Of a DNA stretch of 58,728 bases, positions 18,978-28,199 are shown one piece after another. The notes under the pieces were generated by a model. It saw only the letters and a list, made by a program, of their open reading frames with translations, was not told where the DNA came from and searched no databases. Origin of the DNA: a virus; the IMG/VR virus record IMGVR_UViG_3300045988_090936. One strand, written 5' to 3'. Each line of letters begins with the position of its first letter. Position 1 is the first letter of the stretch. Made by a program: the position numbers and the translations under genes.

Positions 18978-20245
18978 TAGAATGGTGACTCCTCTTCATT
19001 ATTTCTTCTACTTAAACTTTCATCTTCTTTAGATGCAGTCTTTTCATTTCCATATCTAGAGAACTTAAATTCACCTTTATCAATATCCCATAAGTAAACA
19101 AATTGTCCTCCAACTGGTCCATATCTGTTTTTGACTACTTCTAATTTTAGTTCCTGCCCTACCCTTGACATACTTATTACCTTACTACTGTTTTGAGATA
19201 TTGCATCTGATTCACTCATATGTTCAAGTTCAGGTGTATCTGTTTTAGCGGCTGCTCTATTTGCTTGAGATAATGCCAATACAGGAACATGATATTTCAT
19301 TGATAAGTTAAATAAGTCTTGAGAGATATTTCCTAACTTAATTCTTAATTGTTCTTTGTAGTTAGTTCTATAATCCTGCATCAAACTGAATTGGTCTATC
19401 CCTACTATATCAAGATTGTATTTTTTAATCATGAAGTCTATATCATTTACTGTTGCTTGATGTCCTAGGTCTTTTGGTGTTATTACCACAAAACAATTTT
19501 CTGCTTTTTGTAATTCTTCTATATACTTTTCATATTTCTCTTTTTCTTCTTTACTTCCTCGCATCAATGCTAGGTTACTAAAATGTTGATATAATGCATC
19601 AAATCTATAACCTACTTGTTCAGAAGACATCTCTCCACTATAAAGCCCTACTCTTTTACCTTCCTTCCAAGCATTCATTAGTAGGTCAATTAGTATCCAA
19701 GATTTACCTTGATTGGTTCTTGCCATTATAGTAACCAATTCTTCTCCCAGCTGCCATCCTCCAATAGCATCATCAATTTCTTTTAGACCTATTGGAATTG
19801 TATTTGCTGTATCACTATCAATCTTTTTATTAAAAGTATCTAATCTATCTTTTGCATTCTTGATAATATCGTTTGAGGTAATTGGTCTGATATCTTCAAG
19901 TTCTGCTATTTTATTTTTCAATTTCTGATATGCTGATAAAGAATCTTCTTCCACATCTTTTACTATTCCATTAAGAGTTTGTGCTAATTGATTAAACATA
20001 TAACTTTCTCTTAACCCTAGAATTAAATAATTCCAATCTTCTTTATCACTTACAAATTCAAATTCATTAAACTTTCCCAAGAAAGTTTCTTTCGTTGGTA
20101 ACTTTCTATATTCATTGTAATGGTTATATATAAACTTTGCTTCTTTGTTATAGGTAATAAAGTAATCACTACTAATATTTTCATTAAGTAATAATTCAAT
20201 ATCTCCTCCGTTTAATAACTTACTAATTATTTGTGCTTCTATCAT
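18977..20245 (-). CDS. dnaB: DnaB-family replicative helicase
   Basis: GLKEIDDAIGGWQLGEL, ARTNQGKSW Walker A, RecA-like C-terminal domain. Confidence 0.88.
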   Translation of the reverse strand: MIEAQIISKLLNGGDIELLLNENISSDYFITYNKEAKFIYNHYNEYRKLPTKETFLGKFNEFEFVSDKEDWNYLILGLRESYMFNQLAQTLNGIVKDVEEDSLSAYQKLKNKIAELEDIRPITSNDIIKNAKDRLDTFNKKIDSDTANTIPIGLKEIDDAIGGWQLGEELVTIMARTNQGKSWILIDLLMNAWKEGKRVGLYSGEMSSEQVGYRFDALYQHFSNLALMRGSKEEKEKYEKYIEELQKAENCFVVITPKDLGHQATVNDIDFMIKKYNLDIVGIDQFSLMQDYRTNYKEQLRIKLGNISQDLFNLSMKYHVPVLALSQANRAAAKTDTPELEHMSESDAISQNSSKVISMSRVGQELKLEVVKNRYGPVGGQFVYLWDIDKGEFKFSRYGNEKTASKEDESLSRRNNEEESPF

Positions 20246-20931
20246 TACTTATCACCTCGGATTCCATATATTGAAATTACGGTACTATTATCTTCCACAT
20301 AATACTTTAAATCATTTCCAATAGCATTTATCAAATTACCAGCAGTATTTCTACCAATAAATATGTTACTTAAATTATTTGCTAACCTACTTTTAATTAT
20401 CATCTTTAGATAATTCCTTTCATATTCTGATAGTCTTACTTCATCAATTCCATCTAAAACTAATAAATCACATTCTCGCATTACCTTTTCAGTTTCTTTG
20501 AATTCTTTATCTTTACTATCAAAACTTAATTTTAATTCTCTTAAATATTCATTCAGGTCTAAATATAATGCCCTATCCTTTGAACCTGGTTTACCTATTA
20601 GATGATGAATATAATTTTGTAATATCTTTATACCCCAGCTTGTCTTACCGTTTTGTCTTTGGTTTGATTTTATATAAAGGTTAAAACCTTGTTCAACCAT
20701 TGCTGCTATATTCTTTTTGATTTCGCTTAAGATTTCAAAACTCTCTACATCTTCTTTACAACTTGGGTATAATACTATTGGTTGTACATACTTATGAGGT
20801 ATATTTGCATTATGCATCATCAAATCTATCTCATTGAAATCTACACACATTTTATAACATTCGCCATCAGAGGTTCTTTGCTTACATGTTTTTCTGTAAG
20901 GACAATCATTTCCATTTTTATAACAATACAT
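20245..20931 (-). CDS. DnaC/IstB-like AAA+ helicase loader with Cys-rich N-terminus
   Basis: NGKTSWG P-loop-like motif, DLLVLDGIDEV Walker B; lies directly downstream of... upstream of dnaB in the transcription order. Confidence 0.55.
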   Translation of the reverse strand: MYCYKNGNDCPYRKTCKQRTSDGECYKMCVDFNEIDLMMHNANIPHKYVQPIVLYPSCKEDVESFEILSEIKKNIAAMVEQGFNLYIKSNQRQNGKTSWGIKILQNYIHHLIGKPGSKDRALYLDLNEYLRELKLSFDSKDKEFKETEKVMRECDLLVLDGIDEVRLSEYERNYLKMIIKSRLANNLSNIFIGRNTAGNLINAIGNDLKYYVEDNSTVISIYGIRGDK

Positions 20932-20944
20932 GAAATCTACCTCC

Positions 20945-21565
20945 TCAATTTTTATTATACGAATTATTCATTACCTCATAAGTATCCGGAAATAGCATTT
21001 TATATTTTACTTTTAAAAGTTCTATAGTATTCTTTACAATATGCTTAACTTCTTTCATTGTTATGTTATGGGCGCTGGCAACTGTTCTTACCCCACGCTC
21101 TTCAATTATTCTTTCTATAAAGATTTCATATTCCTCTAAAGTAATATCTTCTTTATTAAGTAATTCCTTTAAACAGAATTCTATATCACTTTCCTCTTCC
21201 ATACTATTTTCTAAACATAAAACATCTTCTAATCTTATTGGTCTTTCACCATCATTGTAAATAATTTTTTCAAAACTATCTATTTCTACTTTTCTTACCC
21301 TTCCTGTAGTTCCTATAACAGGAGGTTTTACTACTAAATCTCTTTGTATGTATTCTTTTAAGAACCATTTAATATTCTTGACGGCATATGTAGAAAACTT
21401 TTTACCACTTTCTGGTTTGAAATTATCTACACATCTGATTAACTGTAAACAACCTTGTTGGAAATAATCATCATACTTACTTTTATCATATTCTAAAAGA
21501 TTAAGAGCATATCCAACTAGCGGCATGTTTTCAACTATCATTACCTCTCTTTCTTCCTTTGTCAT
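20945..21565 (-). CDS. sigma-70 family RNA polymerase sigma factor
   Basis: Region 2 pattern ENMPLVGYALN...DDYFQQGCLQLIRCVDNFKPESGKKFSTYAVKNIKWFLKEYI; C-terminal HTH. Confidence 0.75.
   Translation of the reverse strand: MTKEEREVMIVENMPLVGYALNLLEYDKSKYDDYFQQGCLQLIRCVDNFKPESGKKFSTYAVKNIKWFLKEYIQRDLVVKPPVIGTTGRVRKVEIDSFEKIIYNDGERPIRLEDVLCLENSMEEESDIEFCLKELLNKEDITLEEYEIFIERIIEERGVRTVASAHNITMKEVKHIVKNTIELLKVKYKMLFPDTYEVMNNSYNKN
20954..20961 (-). promoter_or_regulatory. CGTATAAT motif copy
   Basis: AATTCGTATAATAAAAATTGAGGAGG upstream of the loader gene; lies within the end of the sigma gene. Confidence 0.45.
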
Positions 21566-21570
21566 TCCCT

Positions 21571-22536
21571 TTAATATCCTTTCTTGATAAACGATGGAAC
21601 AAAGTTTTCTCTGTTAGCACTTGGTGGCTCATTTTTGAAATCCATATATGGTGTTGTTCCATTTCCTCTCAAGGCAAACTCTATTTTCTCTAATACCTGG
21701 TTTACCATTACTTTTCTTCCTTTGGTTCCTGGAATACTTATACTAGTGCTATTATACAAATAATCTAAAACTTCATGCCATTCTTCTAAAGTCCAAACCG
21801 CCCTCTGTCTATTTACTTGAATTACATAATTGGTTAAAGCATTACTAATATCTTTATATGCTATATAGTAATCTTTTATCGCATCAATGTATGGTGCTAG
21901 ATTAACCCCTTGTTTTCTTTTCTTTGGTTTCTCCTCGACCGGCGCTGCGGGTTCCAAGAAATCTTTTTCGAATACGTTTTCCTCTAAAACAACTTCATTA
22001 CCCATTTTAGTATTATTATTTATTTCATCTTTCCCATCTTGTGCCCCCGTGGCACTATTAGTTAATATATCTTTAGATATATTACTAATAGATGGATTAT
22101 TTATTATATTATTATTTAATTGGTGGTTATTTATAACCATACCCCTCTGGTTATTTTTAACCCCACCCCCGTTATCAATAACTATAAATAATTTTCTAAA
22201 AGAGATTTGTTTTGTGGTAATTATTTCACCATTCTTTTCTTTCTTCTTCTTATAAACAATTTCTCTTTTGAGATAACCAAGATTGACTAATTTAGTTATT
22301 GAATCTCTTACTCTGCATTCACTTTTATTTAGCATCTTTGCTATATAAGCATTACTAGCCCAGCAGTATCCTTCTTTTCTACATAGACCAGTTATAGCAG
22401 AATACAGAATTCTTTCAAAGTCAGTTAGTCTTTCATCAGTTAAAATATCATATGTCAACATCAAAAACTGTGAACTGGAATACTCTTGTTCCTTTTCTTC
22501 CGGCTCTATTACATAACCATTCTCATCAAATTCCAT
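21571..22536 (-). CDS. replication initiation protein (winged-helix N-terminus, DnaD-like C-terminus)
   Basis: LTDFERILYSAITGLCRKEGYCWASNAYIAKMLNKSECRVRDSITKLVNLGYL, typical of phage replication initiators. Confidence 0.6.
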   Translation of the reverse strand: MEFDENGYVIEPEEKEQEYSSSQFLMLTYDILTDERLTDFERILYSAITGLCRKEGYCWASNAYIAKMLNKSECRVRDSITKLVNLGYLKREIVYKKKKEKNGEIITTKQISFRKLFIVIDNGGGVKNNQRGMVINNHQLNNNIINNPSISNISKDILTNSATGAQDGKDEINNNTKMGNEVVLEENVFEKDFLEPAAPVEEKPKKRKQGVNLAPYIDAIKDYYIAYKDISNALTNYVIQVNRQRAVWTLEEWHEVLDYLYNSTSISIPGTKGRKVMVNQVLEKIEFALRGNGTTPYMDFKNEPPSANRENFVPSFIKKGY

Positions 22537-22559
22537 ACTTTGTTACCTCCTCAATTATA

Positions 22560-22567
22560 ATTATACG
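22560..22567 (-). promoter_or_regulatory. CGTATAAT motif copy
   Basis: T8-ATATCTCGTATAATTATAATTGAGGAGG directly after a terminator, upstream of the initiator gene. Confidence 0.55.
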
Positions 22568-22573
22568 AGATAT

Positions 22574-22598
22574 AAAAAAAATAGGCATTGCTGCCTAT
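22574..22598 (-). terminator. rho-independent terminator
   Basis: Minus strand ATAGGCA-gcaa-TGCCTAT followed by T8. Confidence 0.75.
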
Positions 22599-22969
22599 TT
22601 TACAGAAATTACTTGGGATTCAGTTATTGAGTTAAAAGGTATTACATAATCTAAAGGAATAATCTTATCTTGAACTGCTTGAGTTAAAGCTTCATTATCT
22701 ATAACTTCTTTAGTTCTAATGATAGTATTCTTAATTGCATCCTCGAATGATTTATCATTCTTGAATTGTTCAATGAAAGCATCTTCATTAAATACTTCTT
22801 TAGTTCTTACTGAAATCTTCATAGTAGCTTTGTTACCTTTAATTTCAGTTCTACCATCTTTTAAGATTCTTTCCTTTAATGCCTTTTCTTGTTCATCAAA
22901 GTTTTTCTTTGCATCACGAACTTCTTTTAACTTATCAACAACTTCTTCCATTGTTAGATTATCAAACAT
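22595..22969 (-). CDS. hypothetical protein in its own promoter/terminator-bounded unit
   Basis: ORF with GAGGAGGAG RBS; lies between two terminators and two near-identical promoter-like elements. Confidence 0.6.
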   Translation of the reverse strand: MFDNLTMEEVVDKLKEVRDAKKNFDEQEKALKERILKDGRTEIKGNKATMKISVRTKEVFNEDAFIEQFKNDKSFEDAIKNTIIRTKEVIDNEALTQAVQDKIIPLDYVIPFNSITESQVISVK

Positions 22970-22989
22970 AATTTCTCCTCCTCATAATA

Positions 22990-22997
22990 ATTATACG
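22990..22997 (-). promoter_or_regulatory. CGTATAAT motif copy
   Basis: GATATCTCGTATAATTATTATGAGGAGG after a terminator, upstream of 22595..22969. Confidence 0.55.
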
Positions 22998-23014
22998 AGA
23001 TATCATAAAACAAG

Positions 23015-23041
23015 AAAAAATCAACGCCATATAAACGTTGA
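23015..23041 (-). terminator. rho-independent terminator
   Basis: Minus strand TCAACG-tttatatgg-CGTTGA followed by T6. Confidence 0.65.
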
Positions 23042-23081
23042 TAGGAAGGTTTTTCAACCTCTGTCAATATATTTGGATGGA

Positions 23082-23354
23082 CTATTTTTCAGTCTTTTTC
23101 TCTCTTTTGTATTTCTCTCTAAATGCCTTACCGTAACGATGGTTATAATTATATTCCGACATCTCTCCATATTTTTTATTCTTAAATAATTCAATTATTT
23201 CTTTAGCACTTTCATCACTATAAACATATTTAGAACTTTGATATGGTTCAGGTTGAGGAACTGGCATATTATATTCGATACGATATTTAATAAATGCTAA
23301 AATAGCATCTTTTTGTACTCCACATTCTTTTGCAATATCTTCTAACTTATACAT
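23082..23354 (-). CDS. small HTH DNA-binding protein
   Basis: MYKLEDIAKECGVQKDAILAFIK resembles MerR/excisionase-type HTH. Confidence 0.45.
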   Translation of the reverse strand: MYKLEDIAKECGVQKDAILAFIKYRIEYNMPVPQPEPYQSSKYVYSDESAKEIIELFKNKKYGEMSEYNYNHRYGKAFREKYKREKKTEK

Positions 23355-23385
23355 ATTTAATTCCTCCTCTATTATATTCTATGTG

Positions 23386-25074
23386 TTATTCATCATAACT
23401 TTCTTCTTTGAAGATACATCTAATAAACTTCTTAAATTCTTTTGAATCTTTTCCATCTACTAAAATATCTCCAAAACTTGCCTTCTCAATAATCATTTTA
23501 TTAAGAAGTTCATCATAACTATCTTTCATAAGTAAACTAATTACTGTTACAGTATGTTTAGTTCCAATTCTATGTGCCCTATCTTCAGCCTGTTCCATAG
23601 TTGCTTTGTTCCAAGGTAAATCTAAAAAGACTACTATTGATGCTTCATTTAAAGTATGTCCTGTACCAGCTGCCATTGTTTGTCCGAATAGTACTTGGAA
23701 ACCTGGTGTGTTTTGGAATGTATCTTTTTGTTCTTGTAATTCTATTTGATTCATTTGACCCCATATATGCAAAGGCTTCATATCTTCAAATTCTTTTAGA
23801 GCCATTTCTATTAACTCTCTAAACATACTAAATACAATTACTTTCTCACCAGTTAATTGAGCTTCCTCTAATATATCTCTTAACTTTTCAAACTTGGTAC
23901 TCTTTACTACTTGGGTACTAACTAATCCAGTATGACAAAGTACTTGTCTCATTCTAGTTAACTTTGGTAATATCAATGTTGGATTTGAAATCTTATCACA
24001 TTCTTTTTTAGTTGCATTAACAATTTCATTATACAATCTTCTTTCATCGTTTGACATTTCAAGGTATATATCTTGATGTATCTTTTCTGGAAGGTCTAGT
24101 AAATCTTTAGTTCTTCTTAACATATTGTTATTCATTAACTCTTGTAACTCTCCCATATTTTGATAACCAATAGGTGTTCCCCATATATCTTGTACTGTAT
24201 AACGATTCATAAATTGATAATAGTTCATAGTTAATGCTTGAATGAAACTTAATGGCATATACAAATCCATTGGTTTGTTAACTAATAAAGTACCACTTAA
24301 ACCAATCTTTTGACATCCTTTAATTTTTAGTAATCCTCTACCTTGCATAGATGTTGGATTCTTGGCTTTATGAATTTCATCTACAATAACTAATCCTAGT
24401 TCTCCATCTTTTATAAACTCATTGATAATATCTACTATCTCTGATTTATAGAATCTACCTTCTTTATGGCAGCGTAATGTTTCTATATTAGTTATCCAGA
24501 AGAATTCTTCAGGCTTACTTTTTAAGTCTTCTATTCTTTCATTCATAGTTGGTTCTTTTCCTGGTTTAGTAAAACCTATTACCTTACCACTTTCATCACT
24601 ATGTTTCTTTATTTCATCTATCCAATTATATTTTAAGTTATTAACTCCACAAATAATAAGACAATGTTTTAGACCATTATGTTCTTTCTTCCATACTGCC
24701 AAGTCTATCATTTGTTTTGTTTTACCTAAACCTTGTTGGTCTCCTAATAACCAATTGTTATGTTCAATACCATATTTAACACCTTCCAACTGATGTGGAA
24801 AAGAAGGAGTTTTGAATTTAAGTTCTTTTATATCCACAACTGCTGGTGGTGCAAATATTGGTGCCTCATTTAGTTCTTTTATATCAGGTTCAAATTGTTT
24901 TACCATAGGAACCAAATTAAGAGGTATCTCCCATTCCTTTCTCGAAGGATTCCAGAACCTACAAGGTAGTTTCTTTATTTCTTCAACATACATTGGATTA
25001 TAAGTAAATGATAAGTAGGCACTAAAATCATTAACATTCTGTTTATCAGGTTCGCCATATCTTATATAAATCAT
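23386..25074 (-). CDS. SNF2-family helicase
   Basis: LGDQQGLGKTKQ (motif I), VIVDEIHKAKN (DExH), C-terminal helicase domain with QAEDRAHRIGT. Confidence 0.88.
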   Translation of the reverse strand: MIYIRYGEPDKQNVNDFSAYLSFTYNPMYVEEIKKLPCRFWNPSRKEWEIPLNLVPMVKQFEPDIKELNEAPIFAPPAVVDIKELKFKTPSFPHQLEGVKYGIEHNNWLLGDQQGLGKTKQMIDLAVWKKEHNGLKHCLIICGVNNLKYNWIDEIKKHSDESGKVIGFTKPGKEPTMNERIEDLKSKPEEFFWITNIETLRCHKEGRFYKSEIVDIINEFIKDGELGLVIVDEIHKAKNPTSMQGRGLLKIKGCQKIGLSGTLLVNKPMDLYMPLSFIQALTMNYYQFMNRYTVQDIWGTPIGYQNMGELQELMNNNMLRRTKDLLDLPEKIHQDIYLEMSNDERRLYNEIVNATKKECDKISNPTLILPKLTRMRQVLCHTGLVSTQVVKSTKFEKLRDILEEAQLTGEKVIVFSMFRELIEMALKEFEDMKPLHIWGQMNQIELQEQKDTFQNTPGFQVLFGQTMAAGTGHTLNEASIVVFLDLPWNKATMEQAEDRAHRIGTKHTVTVISLLMKDSYDELLNKMIIEKASFGDILVDGKDSKEFKKFIRCIFKEESYDE

Positions 25075-25100
25075 TTATATCAATCCTTTCCCGTAATTAT

Positions 25101-25108
25101 ATTATACG
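25101..25108 (-). promoter_or_regulatory. CGTATAAT motif copy
   Basis: ACCACGTATAATATAATTACGGGAAAGGA upstream of the SNF2 gene. Confidence 0.4.
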
Positions 25109-25428
25109 TGGTATCCTAGGTCCTCTTTATAATCCTTTGAATGTTTTTGTTTCTTCTCCCAATCTTTACCACGAAGATTAGGATTTTCTTTTTGTAATTT
25201 AGTATTCAATCTAATTACAGATGCCATTGATGGTATCTTCTTTTGTAATGGGTCATTCATATAATCTTTGAAATGTTCCTTTACTGTAGTATTTTCTATA
25301 TACTCTTTTCCTCGTATTGACATAATACAAGCAAGGTATAAAAGATTAACATCATCTCTCAATGCTCTATATTTAGTTAGTAAATCAAATACTAAATCTT
25401 TATATCTTCCAGCATCACTCATTGCCAT
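25102..25428 (-). CDS. hypothetical protein
   Basis: ORF in the gene train. Confidence 0.5.
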   Translation of the reverse strand: MAMSDAGRYKDLVFDLLTKYRALRDDVNLLYLACIMSIRGKEYIENTTVKEHFKDYMNDPLQKKIPSMASVIRLNTKLQKENPNLRGKDWEKKQKHSKDYKEDLGYHV

Positions 25429-25750
25429 TCCTTCCTTTCATAAAATAGTTGCCATCTTCATAATCAGGTAATATACTTCTATCATAGAAATCATTTAGCA
25501 TATACATTGCTAGACATCCTGCCCCTATAAACTTATCTTCTGATTTGTTATAGAACTTACAGGCATACCTTTGACCATCTTTTAATAATACAAACCTATC
25601 AGTACCAGCATCAGGGTGATATTCGCTGATTATTTCGTTTATATTCGATTTTTTATCTTTATCAATATAAATTATCGGTTCTTTTTCTATCTTTTGGTTT
25701 TGGGTAGGCTTTGCTACCCCTACGCTGAACAATGGTCTTCTACTTGGCAT
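25415..25750 (-). CDS. hypothetical protein
   Basis: ORF in the gene train. Confidence 0.5.
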   Translation of the reverse strand: MPSRRPLFSVGVAKPTQNQKIEKEPIIYIDKDKKSNINEIISEYHPDAGTDRFVLLKDGQRYACKFYNKSEDKFIGAGCLAMYMLNDFYDRSILPDYEDGNYFMKGRNGNE

Positions 25751-25752
25751 AA

Positions 25753-26001
25753 CTATTCCTCCTTTAAATCTTTTTCGTAATAATTTACACCATCACTATA
25801 TAATGGGAAATACTTTTCATCAGGACCAGGTTTCCATCCGTTAGGATTTTCCTTTACCCATATTTGATGAATACATCTTCTACAATATTGTAACCCATCT
25901 CTCCAAACAAGGCATCCATAATATTCATGATGACCACATCCACGGTAATTGATTACAACATCTTTCATCATATCATTTTTATTTCTGGTTAGATGTTCCA
26001 T
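25753..26001 (-). CDS. hypothetical Cys/His-rich protein
   Basis: Start moved to MEHLTRNK behind GGAGGAGG; CGHH...C...CRRC pattern. Confidence 0.5.
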   Translation of the reverse strand: MEHLTRNKNDMMKDVVINYRGCGHHEYYGCLVWRDGLQYCRRCIHQIWVKENPNGWKPGPDEKYFPLYSDGVNYYEKDLKEE

Positions 26002-26188
26002 TCTTTTCCTCCTCCATTGCTTTATCAACTCTACCTCGTAATACCTTGATGTCCCATTCAATTGATTTTAGTTTTTCATCTATGTATCCTGCATAGGCTT
26101 TATCTTTATAACATTCATTTGTTATTGATGCTAACTTATCATTTAGATTAGCAATTATCATTTTCATTTGACTATCTACTTCTATCAT
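25979..26188 (-). CDS. hypothetical protein
   Basis: ORF in the gene train. Confidence 0.45.
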   Translation of the reverse strand: MIEVDSQMKMIIANLNDKLASITNECYKDKAYAGYIDEKLKSIEWDIKVLRGRVDKAMEEEKNGTSNQK

Positions 26189-26189
26189 A

Positions 26190-26516
26190 CTACCACACCT
26201 CTCTTATTTCTTCATCGCTGGCAGTAGTTATTGCCCCTACCAACTCATCTTCTGCTATAAAATATCCTAGTCCGTTTACATGTCCATAATATAATTTCTT
26301 GTTACCATTATGAGGTACAACAAAATCCATTCTTCTCATTAAGAAGTTTACACAAGCAATATTCATTTGTTGAATTGGTTGATCTAATATATCATTGACT
26401 GTAAATTCTCTTTCTAATATAATTCTCTTTCCACCAATTCCTTGATGTTGTATAGTATCTACTAACCTTCCACTTAACATTGGATTTAATCTTCTACCCT
26501 CTACCATTTTTAACAC
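26190..26516 (-). CDS. hypothetical protein
   Basis: ORF in the gene train. Confidence 0.5.
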   Translation of the reverse strand: MLKMVEGRRLNPMLSGRLVDTIQHQGIGGKRIILEREFTVNDILDQPIQQMNIACVNFLMRRMDFVVPHNGNKKLYYGHVNGLGYFIAEDELVGAITTASDEEIREVW

Positions 26517-26796
26517 TCTCCTTTACTAATTTAACCATGTAATCTAATTCTTGGCTTGATATAATACCTTTTGTTATTAGTGTTTGTAAATAACTTGATG
26601 TAGCAGTCATAATTGAAATCTTATTTCCTGCTATTGTTTGTAAGGAGTTTCCCATTCCTGGTTTTCTCCATATATGAATATCTACATTATAGATATCATC
26701 ATCTCTACCGCCTTCCCATAATGGACGGTTAGAGGAAACAGCTTGTTCTGCTTCCTTTTCAAAGTCCTTTAATAAATCATCTAGATTCTTTGCCAT
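26494..26796 (-). CDS. hypothetical protein
   Basis: ORF in the gene train. Confidence 0.5.
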   Translation of the reverse strand: MAKNLDDLLKDFEKEAEQAVSSNRPLWEGGRDDDIYNVDIHIWRKPGMGNSLQTIAGNKISIMTATSSYLQTLITKGIISSQELDYMVKLVKESVKNGRG

Positions 26797-27095
26797 TAGT
26801 TTTCCTCCTTTTCTAAATATGGTAAATGATATTTATACCATTGAAATGAATGTTCTTTTTGATATCTCAAATCTTCTTCAACATCTTCTTGTTTATATTT
26901 CTTGGCTCTTTCTAACCATTCTTTAAAACATTTTTCACAATAACAATCTCCTAATACAAATACTAAATACATATCATCTTCTAGGAATTGTCCGTTACAA
27001 TGATTACATATACAAAAGCCACCCCATTGTAAAATATCTTCTGGTTTAACTTTTACATAATTAAAACCTCTTTCAGTATATTCTATTTTATTCAT
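26796..27095 (-). CDS. hypothetical zinc-binding protein
   Basis: CICNHCNG...CYCEKC. Confidence 0.5.
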   Translation of the reverse strand: MNKIEYTERGFNYVKVKPEDILQWGGFCICNHCNGQFLEDDMYLVFVLGDCYCEKCFKEWLERAKKYKQEDVEEDLRYQKEHSFQWYKYHLPYLEKEEN

Positions 27096-27307
27096 TATTC
27101 CACCTCTTTCATAGGTTCTATTTTTAAGTACTCTATTTCATTCATATCTAATATTTCTGTCCAATAATGATATTCTTCATCATAATAAGTTGGGAATATA
27201 TCTACACCTTTTAAAATAATTTTATTATCTTTTATTATTATATTTTCTAGATTATGTCCACCAACCTTACAATTACGTTTATATTTATATTCATAAAAAT
27301 ATCTCAT
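27095..27307 (-). CDS. hypothetical protein
   Basis: ORF in the gene train. Confidence 0.45.
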   Translation of the reverse strand: MRYFYEYKYKRNCKVGGHNLENIIIKDNKIILKGVDIFPTYYDEEYHYWTEILDMNEIEYLKIEPMKEVE

Positions 27308-27352
27308 TTTATTTATTTCACCTCTTTTAGAATATCTAAATAATTTTCTATC

Positions 27353-27715
27353 TTATTCATTTATAAAGTCCTCCATTGCTTCATCTTGACCACATTGACT
27401 ACATATTTCTGTTTTATTATCTTTTCTACTTATAGCAGGATAACCTTCAATGCCTCTATGACAGGATGGGCATTCTTTGTATTCATAATCTGATAAATGT
27501 AATTCTAATTCATTTACTAGCATATCATAATATGCTGCTTTAATTTCTTTATTATCATATAAGCAATTTTCAATGCTTTCTATAACATTATCTTTTTTCT
27601 TACTTACGTGCTCGTTTTGGAATAATACTTCCATTATGTTTTTAGCTTTAATATTTCCTGTGCTGCTAACCTCATACATTGTGCTAGCTGGCATTTTAAC
27701 TCTTACTTTCATCAT
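27353..27715 (-). CDS. hypothetical protein with C-terminal zinc ribbon
   Basis: CPSCH...CSQCG. Confidence 0.5.
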   Translation of the reverse strand: MMKVRVKMPASTMYEVSSTGNIKAKNIMEVLFQNEHVSKKKDNVIESIENCLYDNKEIKAAYYDMLVNELELHLSDYEYKECPSCHRGIEGYPAISRKDNKTEICSQCGQDEAMEDFINE

Positions 27716-28173
27716 AATCTCACCCTTACACTTTCTTTATTTTCTTCTACGAAATCTAAATATTGCATTACATCGCTTACATTATCTTCTGTAATATCTT
27801 TCTTCCAAAACTTACCAGCGCTTTTATAACTTGTGTTCCATAGGTCAATTATTACTCCATTGATAGCTACTGTTAAGTGATGGCTACAATGCATTATCAA
27901 TATACTGTTTGGATAAGTTTCTACTACTTCCTCTATAGTATACCAATTACCATTGGAATGTTTCAATTGTTTCTCTTCTGTAAAACCTTTTTCTTTTAAG
28001 TAAGCACCATATGAATAACTCTCATTTGGCATTCTTCCTTTTTTCTTTCCGATGGCGCATAGGTCATCATATACATCATCCCAGGTTTGTTGTGTTGCAG
28101 CTGCAACTGCTCTAATAACACAATCTCCTGTTTTCCATCCTTTCGGATTGGCATTGTACTTAATAAATTTCAT
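27712..28173 (-). CDS. hypothetical protein with a possible Cys-His catalytic pair (papain-fold-like)
   Basis: NPKGWKTGDCVIRAVA near the N-terminus and MHCSHHLTVAING later on. This is pattern recognition only. Confidence 0.3.
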   Translation of the reverse strand: MKFIKYNANPKGWKTGDCVIRAVAAATQQTWDDVYDDLCAIGKKKGRMPNESYSYGAYLKEKGFTEEKQLKHSNGNWYTIEEVVETYPNSILIMHCSHHLTVAINGVIIDLWNTSYKSAGKFWKKDITEDNVSDVMQYLDFVEENKESVRVRL

Positions 28174-28199
28174 TTCGACTTCACCTCTAACCTTTCATT

